DNA of 64,000 nucleotides from Gammaproteobacteria bacterium (GTDB lineage Bacteria; Pseudomonadota; Gammaproteobacteria; JAGOUU01): NCBI GenBank assembly GCA_018061105.1, contig JAGOUU010000002.1, positions 343 to 64,342 of the forward strand, read 5' to 3'. Shown piece by piece: positions 21,081 to 31,455 of this stretch (position 1 is its first letter; each line of letters starts with the position of its first letter). The notes under the pieces were generated by a model. It saw only the letters and a program-made list of their open reading frames with translations, ran no database searches and was not told where the DNA came from. The position numbers and the translations under genes were made by a program.

Positions 21081-22538
21081 TATAGTCATTCCGGAAACTA
21101 ATGTATTAATATAATTAACCCATGAGTTAATTAAGCTAACATGTTCAGCAGATTTTAACATATTATTTGCTTTATAAAGAAACTCTTTAGCTGGTGATTT
21201 CAATATGTTAGAACAATATAATTGCCATTTTTCTTGCTCGCAATTATCTAAAGTATAGAAATAGTTTCGTGCTCGATAACGAAATAATAATTCTGGCAAT
21301 CTACTGTCAAAAAACTTTGATTGTAATTCTTGTAATTTATTCTCCGGAGATAAATGAACTCGGTTACATAATGCTCGATCGCTTGGCGAAATAAATTTAT
21401 CGTATAACTGATGTTCTACATTTAGATTAACAAATTCAGTTTTTTCAGAAAATAAATCTATTAGTAAGTTGTACCATTTGTCTTTATTTGAAAGTATTAA
21501 TTCAGCTCTTTGTAAGATTAATTGCTTGTTTAAATTCAATCTGCTATAGCCATTATTATATTTATTATCTATAGTATTTAGTGGTGCTAAAGCCGGGACT
21601 TTATTAATAGCTATATTTTTCAAATGTAGCCTAGTCTGATCTGGGGCTAATTGCTCCTGAGGTGTGTATAATAAACTTTTTAAAGAATTTATATCAGTTG
21701 GTAATTTACATAATATATCAGGATCGTATCTCAAATCCCAAGTAATAATACTATTAGGATTAAGAGGATCATTTAATAAAGGCAAAAATACAGACGTACC
21801 AAAGTATTCAGAGCTCACCATACGACTAGAATGCACTAATACTTTAGAAGCAATGTTAATACTATTATTAAAAATTTCTGATATATTTATTAGGCTATTT
21901 ACAAAATCTTTTTTTCGAGCTTTAAGTAAATACTCCAGTAGTTTTGGTTGATGCTGTTTGATTAACTTAGCTAGCTCTATAGTAGCATAGACATCAGATA
22001 AAGCATCATGGGCTTTATAATGATTAAGATTATTGGCTTTTGATAAATCTTCTAGTTTAAAACTTATTTTACTTGGATCATCTGTTTTACGAGGCCAATT
22101 AATATTCTCATGTCTTAAAGCGCAGCATAGCCTTACAGTGTCTATTAGATCAAATCGAGAATTATTATTTTGCCATTCACGAGCATAAGGATCAAAAAAA
22201 TTACGATAAAAAGCATATCTAGTAAATTCATCGTCAAATCTTATATTATTATAGCCAGCAACACAGGTATTAGCCTGACTAAACTCTCGATAGATTCTTC
22301 TTGTAAGTTCAACTTCGGATAGCCCCTGTTCTTCTAATATTTCAGGAGTAATACCGGTGATTATAACTGCTTCTAAGCTGGGAATAATTTCTGGTGATAA
22401 TTTACTGTATAATACTATAGGCTCTGCAATAATATTAAATTCAAGATCTGTTCGGACACCTGCAAATTGTATAATACGATCAGATTTTGGATTAATCCCA
22501 GTAGTTTCATAGTCATAGAAAAAAAAAGTTGGTTGCAT
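21069..22538 (-). CDS. sbcB: exodeoxyribonuclease I
   Basis: N-terminal FFFYDYETTG exonuclease motif, 489 aa. Confidence 0.85.
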   Translation of the reverse strand: MQPTFFFYDYETTGINPKSDRIIQFAGVRTDLEFNIIAEPIVLYSKLSPEIIPSLEAVIITGITPEILEEQGLSEVELTRRIYREFSQANTCVAGYNNIRFDDEFTRYAFYRNFFDPYAREWQNNNSRFDLIDTVRLCCALRHENINWPRKTDDPSKISFKLEDLSKANNLNHYKAHDALSDVYATIELAKLIKQHQPKLLEYLLKARKKDFVNSLINISEIFNNSINIASKVLVHSSRMVSSEYFGTSVFLPLLNDPLNPNSIITWDLRYDPDILCKLPTDINSLKSLLYTPQEQLAPDQTRLHLKNIAINKVPALAPLNTIDNKYNNGYSRLNLNKQLILQRAELILSNKDKWYNLLIDLFSEKTEFVNLNVEHQLYDKFISPSDRALCNRVHLSPENKLQELQSKFFDSRLPELLFRYRARNYFYTLDNCEQEKWQLYCSNILKSPAKEFLYKANNMLKSAEHVSLINSWVNYINTLVSGMTIAET

Positions 22539-24121
22539 TATGTTATTTCTGGAATTGCTGAAAGTAATTTTTTTGTATAATCATTTTGAGGATTATGTAA
22601 AATTTCTAAAGTTGGACCATATTCTACAATTTTTCCTTGATACATAACAGCAGTATAATCAGCCAAATGGCCAACAACAGCAAAATCATGACTAATAATA
22701 ATATAACTTAAGTTATAATCTTGTTGTAATTGTTTGAGTAACCTAAGCATTTGAGCTTGAATAGATAAATCTAAAGCACTTGTGGCCTCGTCTAAAATTA
22801 AAATCTTTGGCTTTACAGCTAGGGCACGAGCAATAGCTATTCGTTGCCTTTGGCCGCCAGAAAACTCATGAGGGTACTTATATAAAGCAGCTTCAGTAAG
22901 ACCAACTTGATTTAATAAGTTGATGATATCTTTTTCTGTTAGTTTTTTTTGATAAATAGCCTGATATCCCTCACGAATTATTTCTATCACCATCATCCTC
23001 GGATTAAAAGCCGTATAAGGGTCCTGGAAAATAATTTGAATAAGATTATTACAATAATTTACATTGCCATCGTATTTAATCAGCCCCATTAAAGCCCGCG
23101 ATAAAGACGTTTTGCCACTACCAGATTCTCCTACGATCGCTAAAGTTGAATTGAAATGTAAATCAAAATTTACGCTATCTACAGCTAAAATATAATTATT
23201 CACTCTTCTTAATATACCAACATAAATAGGATATTTGACTGATAAGTTCTTTACTGACAGAGCGGGTTTACTTTCTGATTTATGTAATTTATCCAAAATA
23301 TAATCAGCTTGAATTTTTGGATAAGACGCTAAAAGTATTTTTGTATACTCATGCTGTGGATTTTTAAATAATTCAATCTTATCCGCTACTTCTATAATTT
23401 TACCTGCAGACATCACAGCAATACGATCAGCTATTTGAGCAACTACACCTAAATTATGAGTGATAAATACCAAAGTCATTTGGTATTTCGTCTGTAATTT
23501 TTTTAATAACATTAAGATTTGTAATTGAATAGTCACATCTAATGCAGTAGTGGGTTCATCCGCTAAAAGCAAATCAGGCTCAGCAGCTAATGCCATAGCT
23601 ATAATAACTCGTTGTCGCATACCGCCAGATAATTGATGAGGATAGGAGTTATAAATGCGTTTTATATCAGGTAGGCCAACCTCAGTTAATAATTCTTCTG
23701 CTCGAGTAATAACTCGGTGTTTCTTGAAATCTTTATTTTTTATCTTAATAGCTTCAGATAACTGTGAACCAATAGTAAAAACAGGATCCAACGAAGCCAT
23801 TGGATCTTGAAAAATCATAGAAATTTTTTTGCCACGAATATGGCGCATTTGCTGTTCAGAATAGAGAAGCAAGTTTTGATTTTCAAAAATAATCTGGCTG
23901 TTACGACCAAAAAAGCTATTAGATGGTAATAATTGCAGAATAGATTTGGCTGTCAGAGATTTACCACAGCCCGATTCACCAAGTAAGGCTAATATTTCAC
24001 CTGGGTAAACAGTTAAATTCAGATCAGCAACAGGTTTCAAATAGCCATTTTTTGTCTTAATATTAATTTCAAGATTTTTAATTAGTAATCTAGGTATTTT
24101 AGATAGAGATTTAGATATCAT
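22538..24121 (-). CDS. yejF: peptide ABC transporter, fused double ATP-binding protein (YejF-like)
   Basis: Two Walker A motifs ([16 protein letters not shown]) and two signature motifs in one 527-aa protein. Confidence 0.75.
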   Translation of the reverse strand: MISKSLSKIPRLLIKNLEINIKTKNGYLKPVADLNLTVYPGEILALLGESGCGKSLTAKSILQLLPSNSFFGRNSQIIFENQNLLLYSEQQMRHIRGKKISMIFQDPMASLDPVFTIGSQLSEAIKIKNKDFKKHRVITRAEELLTEVGLPDIKRIYNSYPHQLSGGMRQRVIIAMALAAEPDLLLADEPTTALDVTIQLQILMLLKKLQTKYQMTLVFITHNLGVVAQIADRIAVMSAGKIIEVADKIELFKNPQHEYTKILLASYPKIQADYILDKLHKSESKPALSVKNLSVKYPIYVGILRRVNNYILAVDSVNFDLHFNSTLAIVGESGSGKTSLSRALMGLIKYDGNVNYCNNLIQIIFQDPYTAFNPRMMVIEIIREGYQAIYQKKLTEKDIINLLNQVGLTEAALYKYPHEFSGGQRQRIAIARALAVKPKILILDEATSALDLSIQAQMLRLLKQLQQDYNLSYIIISHDFAVVGHLADYTAVMYQGKIVEYGPTLEILHNPQNDYTKKLLSAIPEIT

Positions 24122-25446
24122 TGTAGTCTTGTCCTAGGATCTAAAGCATCTCGTAATTTATCAGCGAGTAAATTTACAGTTAAGACTAGAATAAACATAG
24201 GAACAAATGCTGCAATAATTGTCCACCAGATCACAGGCTCTCGAGATAATTCAGATCGGGCTGAGTTAATCATATTGCCCCAGCTAGCTGTTGTTGCATC
24301 TACCCCTACACCTATATAAGATAGTACAGCCTCAGCTAGGACCAGACCAGAAAAATCTAAAACTACTGATAATATTATAATATGACTTAAATTGGGAATA
24401 ATATGCCTTATTATAATTTTATTAGCTTTAACTCGCATCGATCTTGCTGCTAGTATATAATCAAGCTGTTTTATCTTTAATGTCTCCGCTCTAATTAGTC
24501 TACATAAGCCTGACCAACTAGTTATACTTAATATAAAACATAAGGCTAATAATCTAAAATCAGCTTGCTGCTCGAGGTTGATAAACCAATTCGGGTGTAA
24601 TGCTATCTGAGCTTGTATGATCAATATACTAGCCGCTATTAATAATACTCCCGGTATAGACGACAAAGTCGTGTATAAATATTGAATCAAATCATCAATT
24701 TTTCCGCCATAATAACCAGCTAACGTGCCAAAAGTAATAGACAAAGGCATCACAAACAAAGTGGTAAGACTGCCAATGAGGACTCCCGTTCTAATAGATT
24801 TGATACTTAAATAAAAAACATCTCGACCTATTTTATCAGTGCCCATTATATGATAGTTTTTAGTTAAATATATTAACAGTTCTAAGACTGTTAATATGAT
24901 AAATAAAGATATATAAAAAGTTTTCCTAGGGAAATAATGATTATAATAAGTAATTTTATTAGTTTTTTTTATAAAATAATTAATTATTTTTGATAATATA
25001 ATGATTATTATAAAATTTAAAATAACCATAAAAACAAAATAAATTATAAAATATTCTAAATCAAAAGTTTTAGAATATTTTAAATCTGGGTACCCAAATA
25101 CTTCAGTTCCATCTGGTAAATTAAATTTTTCTTGCGTGTATAAAGTATTCGCAAATGGTGCAGAAAAGGTCTCTTCAGAAACCTCGCTCCAGGGTAGCAT
25201 TATATAGTCTAGGAGACTTGTGATCGAGATTGCTGAATTATTACTAGTTTTGTAATGGATAGAATCAGTTAAACATATGCTGATATAACTCAAAAATACT
25301 AAGCTACAAATAATTACTGTATAAGATTGGGTTAATTGTACAATAAGAGATTTAAAATCTGAGCGTTTGCTTAATCTAAGTAATAAAAAAGGCACACTAG
25401 TTATTAAGAGCCATAATAGTATATCTGTCCAAAGTAATACGAGCAA
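24118..25446 (-). CDS. yejE: peptide ABC transporter permease (YejE-like) with N-terminal extension
   Basis: Binding-protein-dependent permease domain. Operon position. Confidence 0.7.
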   Translation of the reverse strand: MLVLLWTDILLWLLITSVPFLLLRLSKRSDFKSLIVQLTQSYTVIICSLVFLSYISICLTDSIHYKTSNNSAISITSLLDYIMLPWSEVSEETFSAPFANTLYTQEKFNLPDGTEVFGYPDLKYSKTFDLEYFIIYFVFMVILNFIIIIILSKIINYFIKKTNKITYYNHYFPRKTFYISLFIILTVLELLIYLTKNYHIMGTDKIGRDVFYLSIKSIRTGVLIGSLTTLFVMPLSITFGTLAGYYGGKIDDLIQYLYTTLSSIPGVLLIAASILIIQAQIALHPNWFINLEQQADFRLLALCFILSITSWSGLCRLIRAETLKIKQLDYILAARSMRVKANKIIIRHIIPNLSHIIILSVVLDFSGLVLAEAVLSYIGVGVDATTASWGNMINSARSELSREPVIWWTIIAAFVPMFILVLTVNLLADKLRDALDPRTRLQ

Positions 25447-25469
25447 GTTATGTCCTATATATATTTAAT

Positions 25470-26447
25470 TTAATTAAATTTTACTCGAGGATCTGCTGTT
25501 GTATAAGCAAGATCAGTTAGCAATAAACCGGTTATATACAACAAAGCTCCTATAAAAACCATTGATTTAACAATAGCAAAGTCTTGTTGTTGTATAGCAT
25601 CAATAGTATAACTACCCAAACCTGGTATTCCAAAAAAAGATTCTAATAATAAGCTACCTAAAAATAAGCTAGGTAGCATTGTGATTACAAGAGTCAAAAT
25701 AGGTAGCAGGGCATTTTTCAATATATGTTTAAATAAAACTTTGCTGGCGCTTAAGCCTTTGGCCTTCGCGACTAATACGTAGTCTTTATTTAACTCTTCC
25801 AAAAATACTGTTCGAAACCATCTGGTATCAGAACCAATACTTGCTATGATAGAAACTAACACTGGCAAAGCGACAAACTTTATTGATAGTAACCCTGATT
25901 GATAGCCAGAAATAGGGAACCAGTTGAACAACTTTGCAAAGATAAACTGCAAGCCAATGATATAAAATAATCCTGAGATAGACATAAGAATAATACAAAT
26001 AATTGCCCCAGTAGTCTCAATATAACTTTCGCGAAAAAATATCATTAACAACGCAAGACTAATGTTTAAACATAACCCTAAAATTAAAGCTGGGAGTGCT
26101 ATAGACAAACTTGGCCACATTCGTTGCTGTATATCACTGCTGATATCTCGGCCATTATCTGATAAACCAAAATCAAAAGAAAAAAGTTTGATTGATTGTG
26201 CAACAAATAAAGTATGAGTAATTTTTTTTATCCCGGATTCTTTTGGATTATAAAACAGCGGTTGGTCGTAGCCATGTGTTACCTTCCATTGAGTAATTTG
26301 TTGGGCATTAATTCTTTTGCTACCCAAATGTATTCTAGCCATATCATCAGGAGAGTTTACAATAAAAAATAAAAAAAAAGTGATAATATTTACGCCCAGT
26401 AATATAGGCAATAAATATAATAATCTCCGGATAATATATTGTCCCAT
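25470..26447 (-). CDS. yejB: peptide ABC transporter permease (YejB-like)
   Basis: Permease fold, 325 aa, operon position. Confidence 0.7.
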   Translation of the reverse strand: MGQYIIRRLLYLLPILLGVNIITFFLFFIVNSPDDMARIHLGSKRINAQQITQWKVTHGYDQPLFYNPKESGIKKITHTLFVAQSIKLFSFDFGLSDNGRDISSDIQQRMWPSLSIALPALILGLCLNISLALLMIFFRESYIETTGAIICIILMSISGLFYIIGLQFIFAKLFNWFPISGYQSGLLSIKFVALPVLVSIIASIGSDTRWFRTVFLEELNKDYVLVAKAKGLSASKVLFKHILKNALLPILTLVITMLPSLFLGSLLLESFFGIPGLGSYTIDAIQQQDFAIVKSMVFIGALLYITGLLLTDLAYTTADPRVKFN

Positions 26448-26460
26448 AATGTTTCTGCTA

Positions 26461-26509
26461 TATTTTATATTTTATATTTTATATTTTATATTTTATATTT
26501 TATATTTTT
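26461..26509. repeat. 7-bp tandem repeat (tatttta) about 7 copies
   Basis: Six perfect and one imperfect copy. Begins at the yejA stop codon and ends about 13 nt before the yejB start. Confidence 0.9.
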
Positions 26510-28635
26510 GTGGGTGGTTTGTGCATTTTTCTATAATAGCTAATAATTACGGGTATGAGAATAATAAAAAATAACAGAATAAACACGATTATGGGCCATA
26601 ATATTGGCTGATTCCAGGCAATTTGTTGTTTTATTCTGGCTTTACTATCAAGACTGCGGTATTTTAAATTATTATTGCCTATTGTAAATGGCTTGCTTAC
26701 ATTATTCCATCCGTGTTCAAGCGCATATAGTTCATTACTTAAACCAAATAACCAAGGGCCGTCTTTTTGTAAGATAGCGATCATTTGCTGAATAATAATA
26801 TTTTTTTCTTTTGGATTGTTGCTGTCCTGCATTTTTTCAAATAATTTATCATACTCAGGATTGCAATAATTCGTGGAGTTTTCGCCATTAAAATTTACTT
26901 TACTTTGATTGCACAGCAGTAAAAATAAAAAATTTTCAGGATCGGGGTAGTCTGCATGCCAAGCAAAGAAAAACATCTGAGCTTTGCCGTGACGTAATTT
27001 CTCTTGGAAATTATTATATTGCGTTGCTCTTATATCTAAAGTTATATTTAAGTTTTTAAATTGCTCCCGAAGCCAATTAAGCCCTGCGCTATCATCTGGA
27101 CCACCGGCAGAAATTGAATCAAAATGTAAAATAAGTGGTTCATTAGTTGATTTATTTGTTCCACTTGGGTATCCAGCTTCTGCTAATAATTGTTTAGCAT
27201 AATCTAAAGATTTTTTTCTATTAGGACTGTCGTATAAGTATTTATTATAAAAATTATTTTTGTCTTTATTAGTCATTATTATCTCAGGAATAGGATCGTG
27301 GCTGATTTGACCGCGGCCATTATTAAAAATTTTAATATATTCCTCAAAATTAAATACGATGCCTATAGCCTGCCGTAATTTTCGTTGTTTTTCATCGTAG
27401 CCACCTACGATAGGATCTAACATATTAAAACCTAAATAAAATATAGTGGGCTCGATGGATTTGGTTAATCTAATATTCTTTTGTTGCATTTCTGTAGATA
27501 ATAAAAATTTATTATCTACAAAAGAAATAGCTTGATTAAAATTATCGGAATTTATTCCAGCAAAATCATAATAGCCTTGTAAAAACTTATTCCAACGGGG
27601 TACAGCTTCTTTTTCGAGGTAAAAAATAGCTTGATCTAAAAAAGGTAATTTTTGTCCAGCTTTATTTAAATAGCCATTTTTTTTGTCTTCTGGCATCCCG
27701 ACAGTAGGGTAGAAGCCATGATTATAGTTGGGGTTTTTAGTTAAAACCATTTTTTGATTGGGATTATTCTCAGTTAATATAAATGGTCCTGTGCCAACTG
27801 GATAAGTGTCTAAACTGATGCTTTGTTGTATTAATTCTGCTTGGCTATAATATTTATCTGCTTCCCAAGGGACAGGAGCGAAAAAGGGCATAGCAAACCA
27901 ATAAATAAACTGCGGGTATTTGCCTTTTATTTTAATTTGGTAAGTATAGTTATCAATTAATTTTAGGCCATCAATATTAAACTTGGGATCATTGAGATTA
28001 ATATAGTTATCAGCTTTATCAAATTTATTAGAATTTAATTTATTTTCAGCCTCTAGCAATTGATTTAACTTGGCTAAATCTACAATATACTCAGACATAA
28101 AGCCATAAATAGGCGACTGTGTTTTTGGATCAGCCAGCCGCTTTATTTGATAGATATAATCTGCAGCAATTAATTCTCGTTTATTATTAAAGCACTTATG
28201 TGGTTGATAAAAAATATGAGGTTTTATCTTAACAGTATAAACAGTATAACTAATTTGTTTGCCAGAAGTATCATTGGGCAACTTTTGGTTATTACTATCA
28301 AAATATTCACTTGTAATATAACCATCAGCCGTTAAGGGCTCTAAAGTATAGGGTCTGAGTAAATAATTATATTGATAGGGTGGTTCGTATATTTGAGTAA
28401 TAAAAATATATTCGTTTTCTGAATAAGAACGGGCGGGATCTAGATGTTTTGGTTGCTCAGCAAAGCTACTAAACAGAATATTTTTTTTCGCTTCTTCAAA
28501 AGTATAGGGGCTATTGAATGGGTATGAGACGCTCCAGCTTAGCGGTCCATAGCCATAGAGATAGAGATAGAGATAAATAAAAATATATAAAAAAATCCAT
28601 TTTTTCATATTTTTCATAGTATTCATAGCATTCAT
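26500..28635 (-). CDS. yejA: peptide ABC transporter substrate-binding protein (YejA-like, family 5 SBP)
   Basis: 711 aa, signal peptide, large SBP typical of the yejABEF order. The N-terminus contains a codon repeat (atagag x3 giving YLYLYLY). Confidence 0.7.
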   Translation of the reverse strand: MNAMNTMKNMKKWIFLYIFIYLYLYLYGYGPLSWSVSYPFNSPYTFEEAKKNILFSSFAEQPKHLDPARSYSENEYIFITQIYEPPYQYNYLLRPYTLEPLTADGYITSEYFDSNNQKLPNDTSGKQISYTVYTVKIKPHIFYQPHKCFNNKRELIAADYIYQIKRLADPKTQSPIYGFMSEYIVDLAKLNQLLEAENKLNSNKFDKADNYINLNDPKFNIDGLKLIDNYTYQIKIKGKYPQFIYWFAMPFFAPVPWEADKYYSQAELIQQSISLDTYPVGTGPFILTENNPNQKMVLTKNPNYNHGFYPTVGMPEDKKNGYLNKAGQKLPFLDQAIFYLEKEAVPRWNKFLQGYYDFAGINSDNFNQAISFVDNKFLLSTEMQQKNIRLTKSIEPTIFYLGFNMLDPIVGGYDEKQRKLRQAIGIVFNFEEYIKIFNNGRGQISHDPIPEIIMTNKDKNNFYNKYLYDSPNRKKSLDYAKQLLAEAGYPSGTNKSTNEPLILHFDSISAGGPDDSAGLNWLREQFKNLNITLDIRATQYNNFQEKLRHGKAQMFFFAWHADYPDPENFLFLLLCNQSKVNFNGENSTNYCNPEYDKLFEKMQDSNNPKEKNIIIQQMIAILQKDGPWLFGLSNELYALEHGWNNVSKPFTIGNNNLKYRSLDSKARIKQQIAWNQPILWPIIVFILLFFIILIPVIISYYRKMHKPPTKI

Positions 28636-28718
28636 TGTATTATGGTACCAGTATCTAAAATAATTATATATGGTAAAATTGTTAATTGTTAAGAGTATAA
28701 AAATTGTAAAGAGGTTAT

Positions 28719-29513
28719 ATGGGTTTTTTAGCTAATAAAAAAATATTAATAGTAGGTATGCTAAGCAATCGGTCTATAGCTTATGGTATAGCTAAAGCCA
28801 TGCATAGAGAAGGTGCAGAATTAGCTTTTACTTATTTTGGTGAGAGATTTGAACAGAGAGTGAAAGACTTAGCGCAAGATTTCTCTTCCAATATTGTTTT
28901 ACCATGTGATGTCGGTGACGATAGTCAAATAGAGCAGGCAGTGAGAGCTCTAGGTCAGCAATGGGACCGCCTAGATGGGCTTATACATTCTGTAGCCTTT
29001 GCGCCTAGTGATCAATTAGAGGGCAATTATACTGATGTAGTTTCAAGAGAAGGCTTTCGTATTGCTCATGATGTGAGTAGCTATAGTTTAGCGGCGCTAG
29101 CCAAAGCAACTCGGTCTTTATTACAAAAAGCTTCTGATGGTGATGGTGCGGCTATTCTAACATTAACATATTTAGGAGCGGAACGAGCAGTTCCTAATTA
29201 TAATGTTATGGGAGTAGCCAAAGCAAGCTTAGAGGCAAATGTAAGATATTTAGCTGGTAGCTTAGGTCAAGATAATATACGTGTCAATGCTATTTCAGCT
29301 GGTCCAATTAGAACACTAGCTGCTTCCGGTATAAAAGATTTTCGTAAGATACTTAATGCTTATGAAAATGTTGTGCCATTGAAAAGAAATATTACTATAG
29401 AAGACGTGGGTAACACAGCTGCATTTTTATGCTCGTATTTAGCAAATAGTATTACAGGCGAAGTCGTTCATGTTGATAATGGGTATCATGCTATAGATCC
29501 GTTATTGGGTTAG
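28719..29513 (+). CDS. fabI: enoyl-ACP reductase (NADH)
   Basis: SDR fold with Y-x6-K ([12 protein letters not shown]), 264 aa. Confidence 0.9.
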   Translation: MGFLANKKILIVGMLSNRSIAYGIAKAMHREGAELAFTYFGERFEQRVKDLAQDFSSNIVLPCDVGDDSQIEQAVRALGQQWDRLDGLIHSVAFAPSDQLEGNYTDVVSREGFRIAHDVSSYSLAALAKATRSLLQKASDGDGAAILTLTYLGAERAVPNYNVMGVAKASLEANVRYLAGSLGQDNIRVNAISAGPIRTLAASGIKDFRKILNAYENVVPLKRNITIEDVGNTAAFLCSYLANSITGEVVHVDNGYHAIDPLLG

Positions 29514-29525
29514 AGATCAGGTAGG

Positions 29526-30248
29526 CTAAACATCTGAGCCTACTATTACTTCTTCTCCATACCGACCATTGATGGGCATATGTTCATTATCTTGAGAATT
29601 TGGTGATCTCATGACCCGAATCCCGCGAATATTAGCTGCTTTTGCTGCCGCTATATCACCATCTGAATCGCCATAGAATATTTTAATGTTATTTTTAATA
29701 ATAGCCTTGGTTTTACCCGGCTTTTCTGGATTTAATGCTTTTAGGCCGAGATATATGACTTTATTAATTTCTTTGATTTCAAATATTTTACTTAAAGTTT
29801 CGGTCATAGTTTCAGGTTTATGCTTGCTTTGTTCGCGAGCAGTAATAAAAAAAATATTGTCGCCTCGTTGTTTATGCATCTCGATTAATTCTTTTCCAAC
29901 ATTTTTTGGAGGGCTTAAATTACCACTTCTATTTATATGATCCCAAAAAACTTGGTTATTAGTACAGCTTGGCCGATATGCTTGATGATCATGAGGGCAG
30001 TATCTTTCAAAATAGATCTCAAAAGAAACTCTAGGAAACAAAATAGTATCATCGATATCAAAACCGACGTTCATAGGAGGGGTGTTTTTTAAACTTTTTT
30101 CTATCTCATCTATAGTAGTCCATTTTACATAGTTAGCCACCTTTATTTTTGGGTGTACGATTACTACTTTTGATTCTAGAAAATAATAAGCTGAACTAAA
30201 AGCTATGGCTGCACCTAATATTAGACCACTAATAAATCTACGCGGCAT
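29526..30248 (-). CDS. aphA: class B acid phosphatase (HAD superfamily, AphA-like)
   Basis: FDIDDT(I)LF and YGDSDGD motifs, collinear with E. coli AphA. Signal peptide. Confidence 0.8.
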   Translation of the reverse strand: MPRRFISGLILGAAIAFSSAYYFLESKVVIVHPKIKVANYVKWTTIDEIEKSLKNTPPMNVGFDIDDTILFPRVSFEIYFERYCPHDHQAYRPSCTNNQVFWDHINRSGNLSPPKNVGKELIEMHKQRGDNIFFITAREQSKHKPETMTETLSKIFEIKEINKVIYLGLKALNPEKPGKTKAIIKNNIKIFYGDSDGDIAAAKAANIRGIRVMRSPNSQDNEHMPINGRYGEEVIVGSDV

Positions 30249-30341
30249 ATAATCTCCTAGATATTGATACTAGGTGTCTATATTACCAGAATTGAGGATA
30301 ATAATTAAGAAAATATTTAGGGGCTTGTTTTCATCATCGTC

Positions 30342-30611
30342 TCAAAATATATCTGTTTCAACACTTCTTATCTGATCATTTTTTAAATTTTCTGGCTCAA
30401 AATGCTGGGCTCTATCAATCTTTATTGCGAGTTTAGCTTTATCACTATAAAAATCTAATATATAAACATACATGGGTTTTTGTCGATTGAACGTTACATT
30501 GAGAACTTTTTTTCTTCGAAGATAATGCCAAATTATTAATTCAGGATCTGTTTGGTGGTTGCGCAGATCTCGGGCAAGGAATTTTAGGTGTTTATTTTCC
30601 TTACTGGCCGT
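30342..30611 (-). pseudogene. DUF559 (Vsr-like endonuclease domain) gene remnant lacking a start codon
   Basis: Translation ...FLARDLRNHQTDPELIIWHYLRRKKVLNVTFNRQKPMYVYILDFYSDKAKLAIKIDRAQH... matches the DUF559 pattern (LW..LR....G.KFRRQ.PIG.Y..DF.C...KL.IE.DG..H). No ATG. The 5' end overlaps the 3' end of the 30584..31102 ORF. Confidence 0.5.
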
Positions 30612-31102
30612 TCATCAAACAAATCCAAAGTTTTTTTAGCTCCCACAGCTAACCCTATGGTCGCCCCAAATAGTACTGTAGCACCCACTGTAGTCGTAAT
30701 TACAGTATGAGCAACAGGATTAAATTTGAGTATACCCAAAATTAAGTTTCCAATATTAAACATAAGATTTAATAACGGCTGAATAAGATGAGCTTGTAAA
30801 TAAGAATTTGTGGCTAACAGTGCTTTCCATAAGGCTTGAGTAACAGTGGCAGTTTTAATATAAGCAAGAGTTTTTACCGTTGCAGTAGTAAAAGTTAGAA
30901 ATAAACTAGGTGCACAAAAATAAACTATTGCACTACCAGCTACTATAACTACGCCGACTAATAAAATTGTTCCGCCAATACAATAAAATTTTCTAGCTGA
31001 GGGTCCTTTGCTCATAATGCTTCCTATAAAAGACAGCATTATAGTGTTTTTCTGATCAAAAAAACAAGCATTTTTCTGATTCTGAGGGTACGCCATCATC
31101 AT
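30584..31102 (-). CDS. C-terminal membrane-domain portion of a split paralogue of the 31456-35420 family
   Basis: Contains the family motifs (FCAPS, H..QPLLNLMFNIG). Upstream half in another frame (31056..31355). Confidence 0.5.
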   Translation of the reverse strand: MMMAYPQNQKNACFFDQKNTIMLSFIGSIMSKGPSARKFYCIGGTILLVGVVIVAGSAIVYFCAPSLFLTFTTATVKTLAYIKTATVTQALWKALLATNSYLQAHLIQPLLNLMFNIGNLILGILKFNPVAHTVITTTVGATVLFGATIGLAVGAKKTLDLFDERPVRKINT

Positions 31103-31355
31103 CTATAGCACTTGAGTAATTATAAATTGAATCAACTGTGCCAGATGCATTGCAATCCTCAATAGGCGGTACTTCAAAATATGTATAATCAAAAATCCCA
31201 GAGCTAGTATGAATCCAATGAATGATACTTGCTTGTTTGATTGCATCCATAGGAGGTATAGCTGTGGGAATTATTTCTTCAGTAGGCTTTAAGAATAGCA
31301 TTTTTTCTAAAAAAGCTAAGATATCATTGAACATAAATTTATTACTCTTTTGCAT
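31056..31355 (-). pseudogene. N-terminal portion of the same split gene (frameshift at A7/T7 tract)
   Basis: 99-aa ORF ends in the T7 run. Removing one T fuses it in frame to ...DQKNTIMLSFIGS... of the downstream ORF. Confidence 0.45.
31058..31064. repeat. A7 (coding-strand T7) homopolymer at frameshift site
   Basis: Read directly from the sequence. Confidence 0.9.
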
Positions 31356-31390
31356 AAAAAAATCCCGATAAAATTTAATTTATCGGGATT
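31354..31390 (-). terminator. rho-independent terminator downstream of the 31456..32709 gene
   Basis: 11-bp stem (atcccgataaa / tttatcgggat) followed on the minus strand by a T7 run. Confidence 0.6.
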
Positions 31391-31455
31391 AAATTAAGAT
31401 TAAGAATTACTACAATCTATAATCTTTTGAGCTTACGCAGAAGGCGCTGCTCGCT

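Noticed and set aside
26461-26509. Possible CRISPR array
   Set aside because: The repeat unit is only 7 bp with no spacers, so it is a microsatellite. No cas genes in the window.
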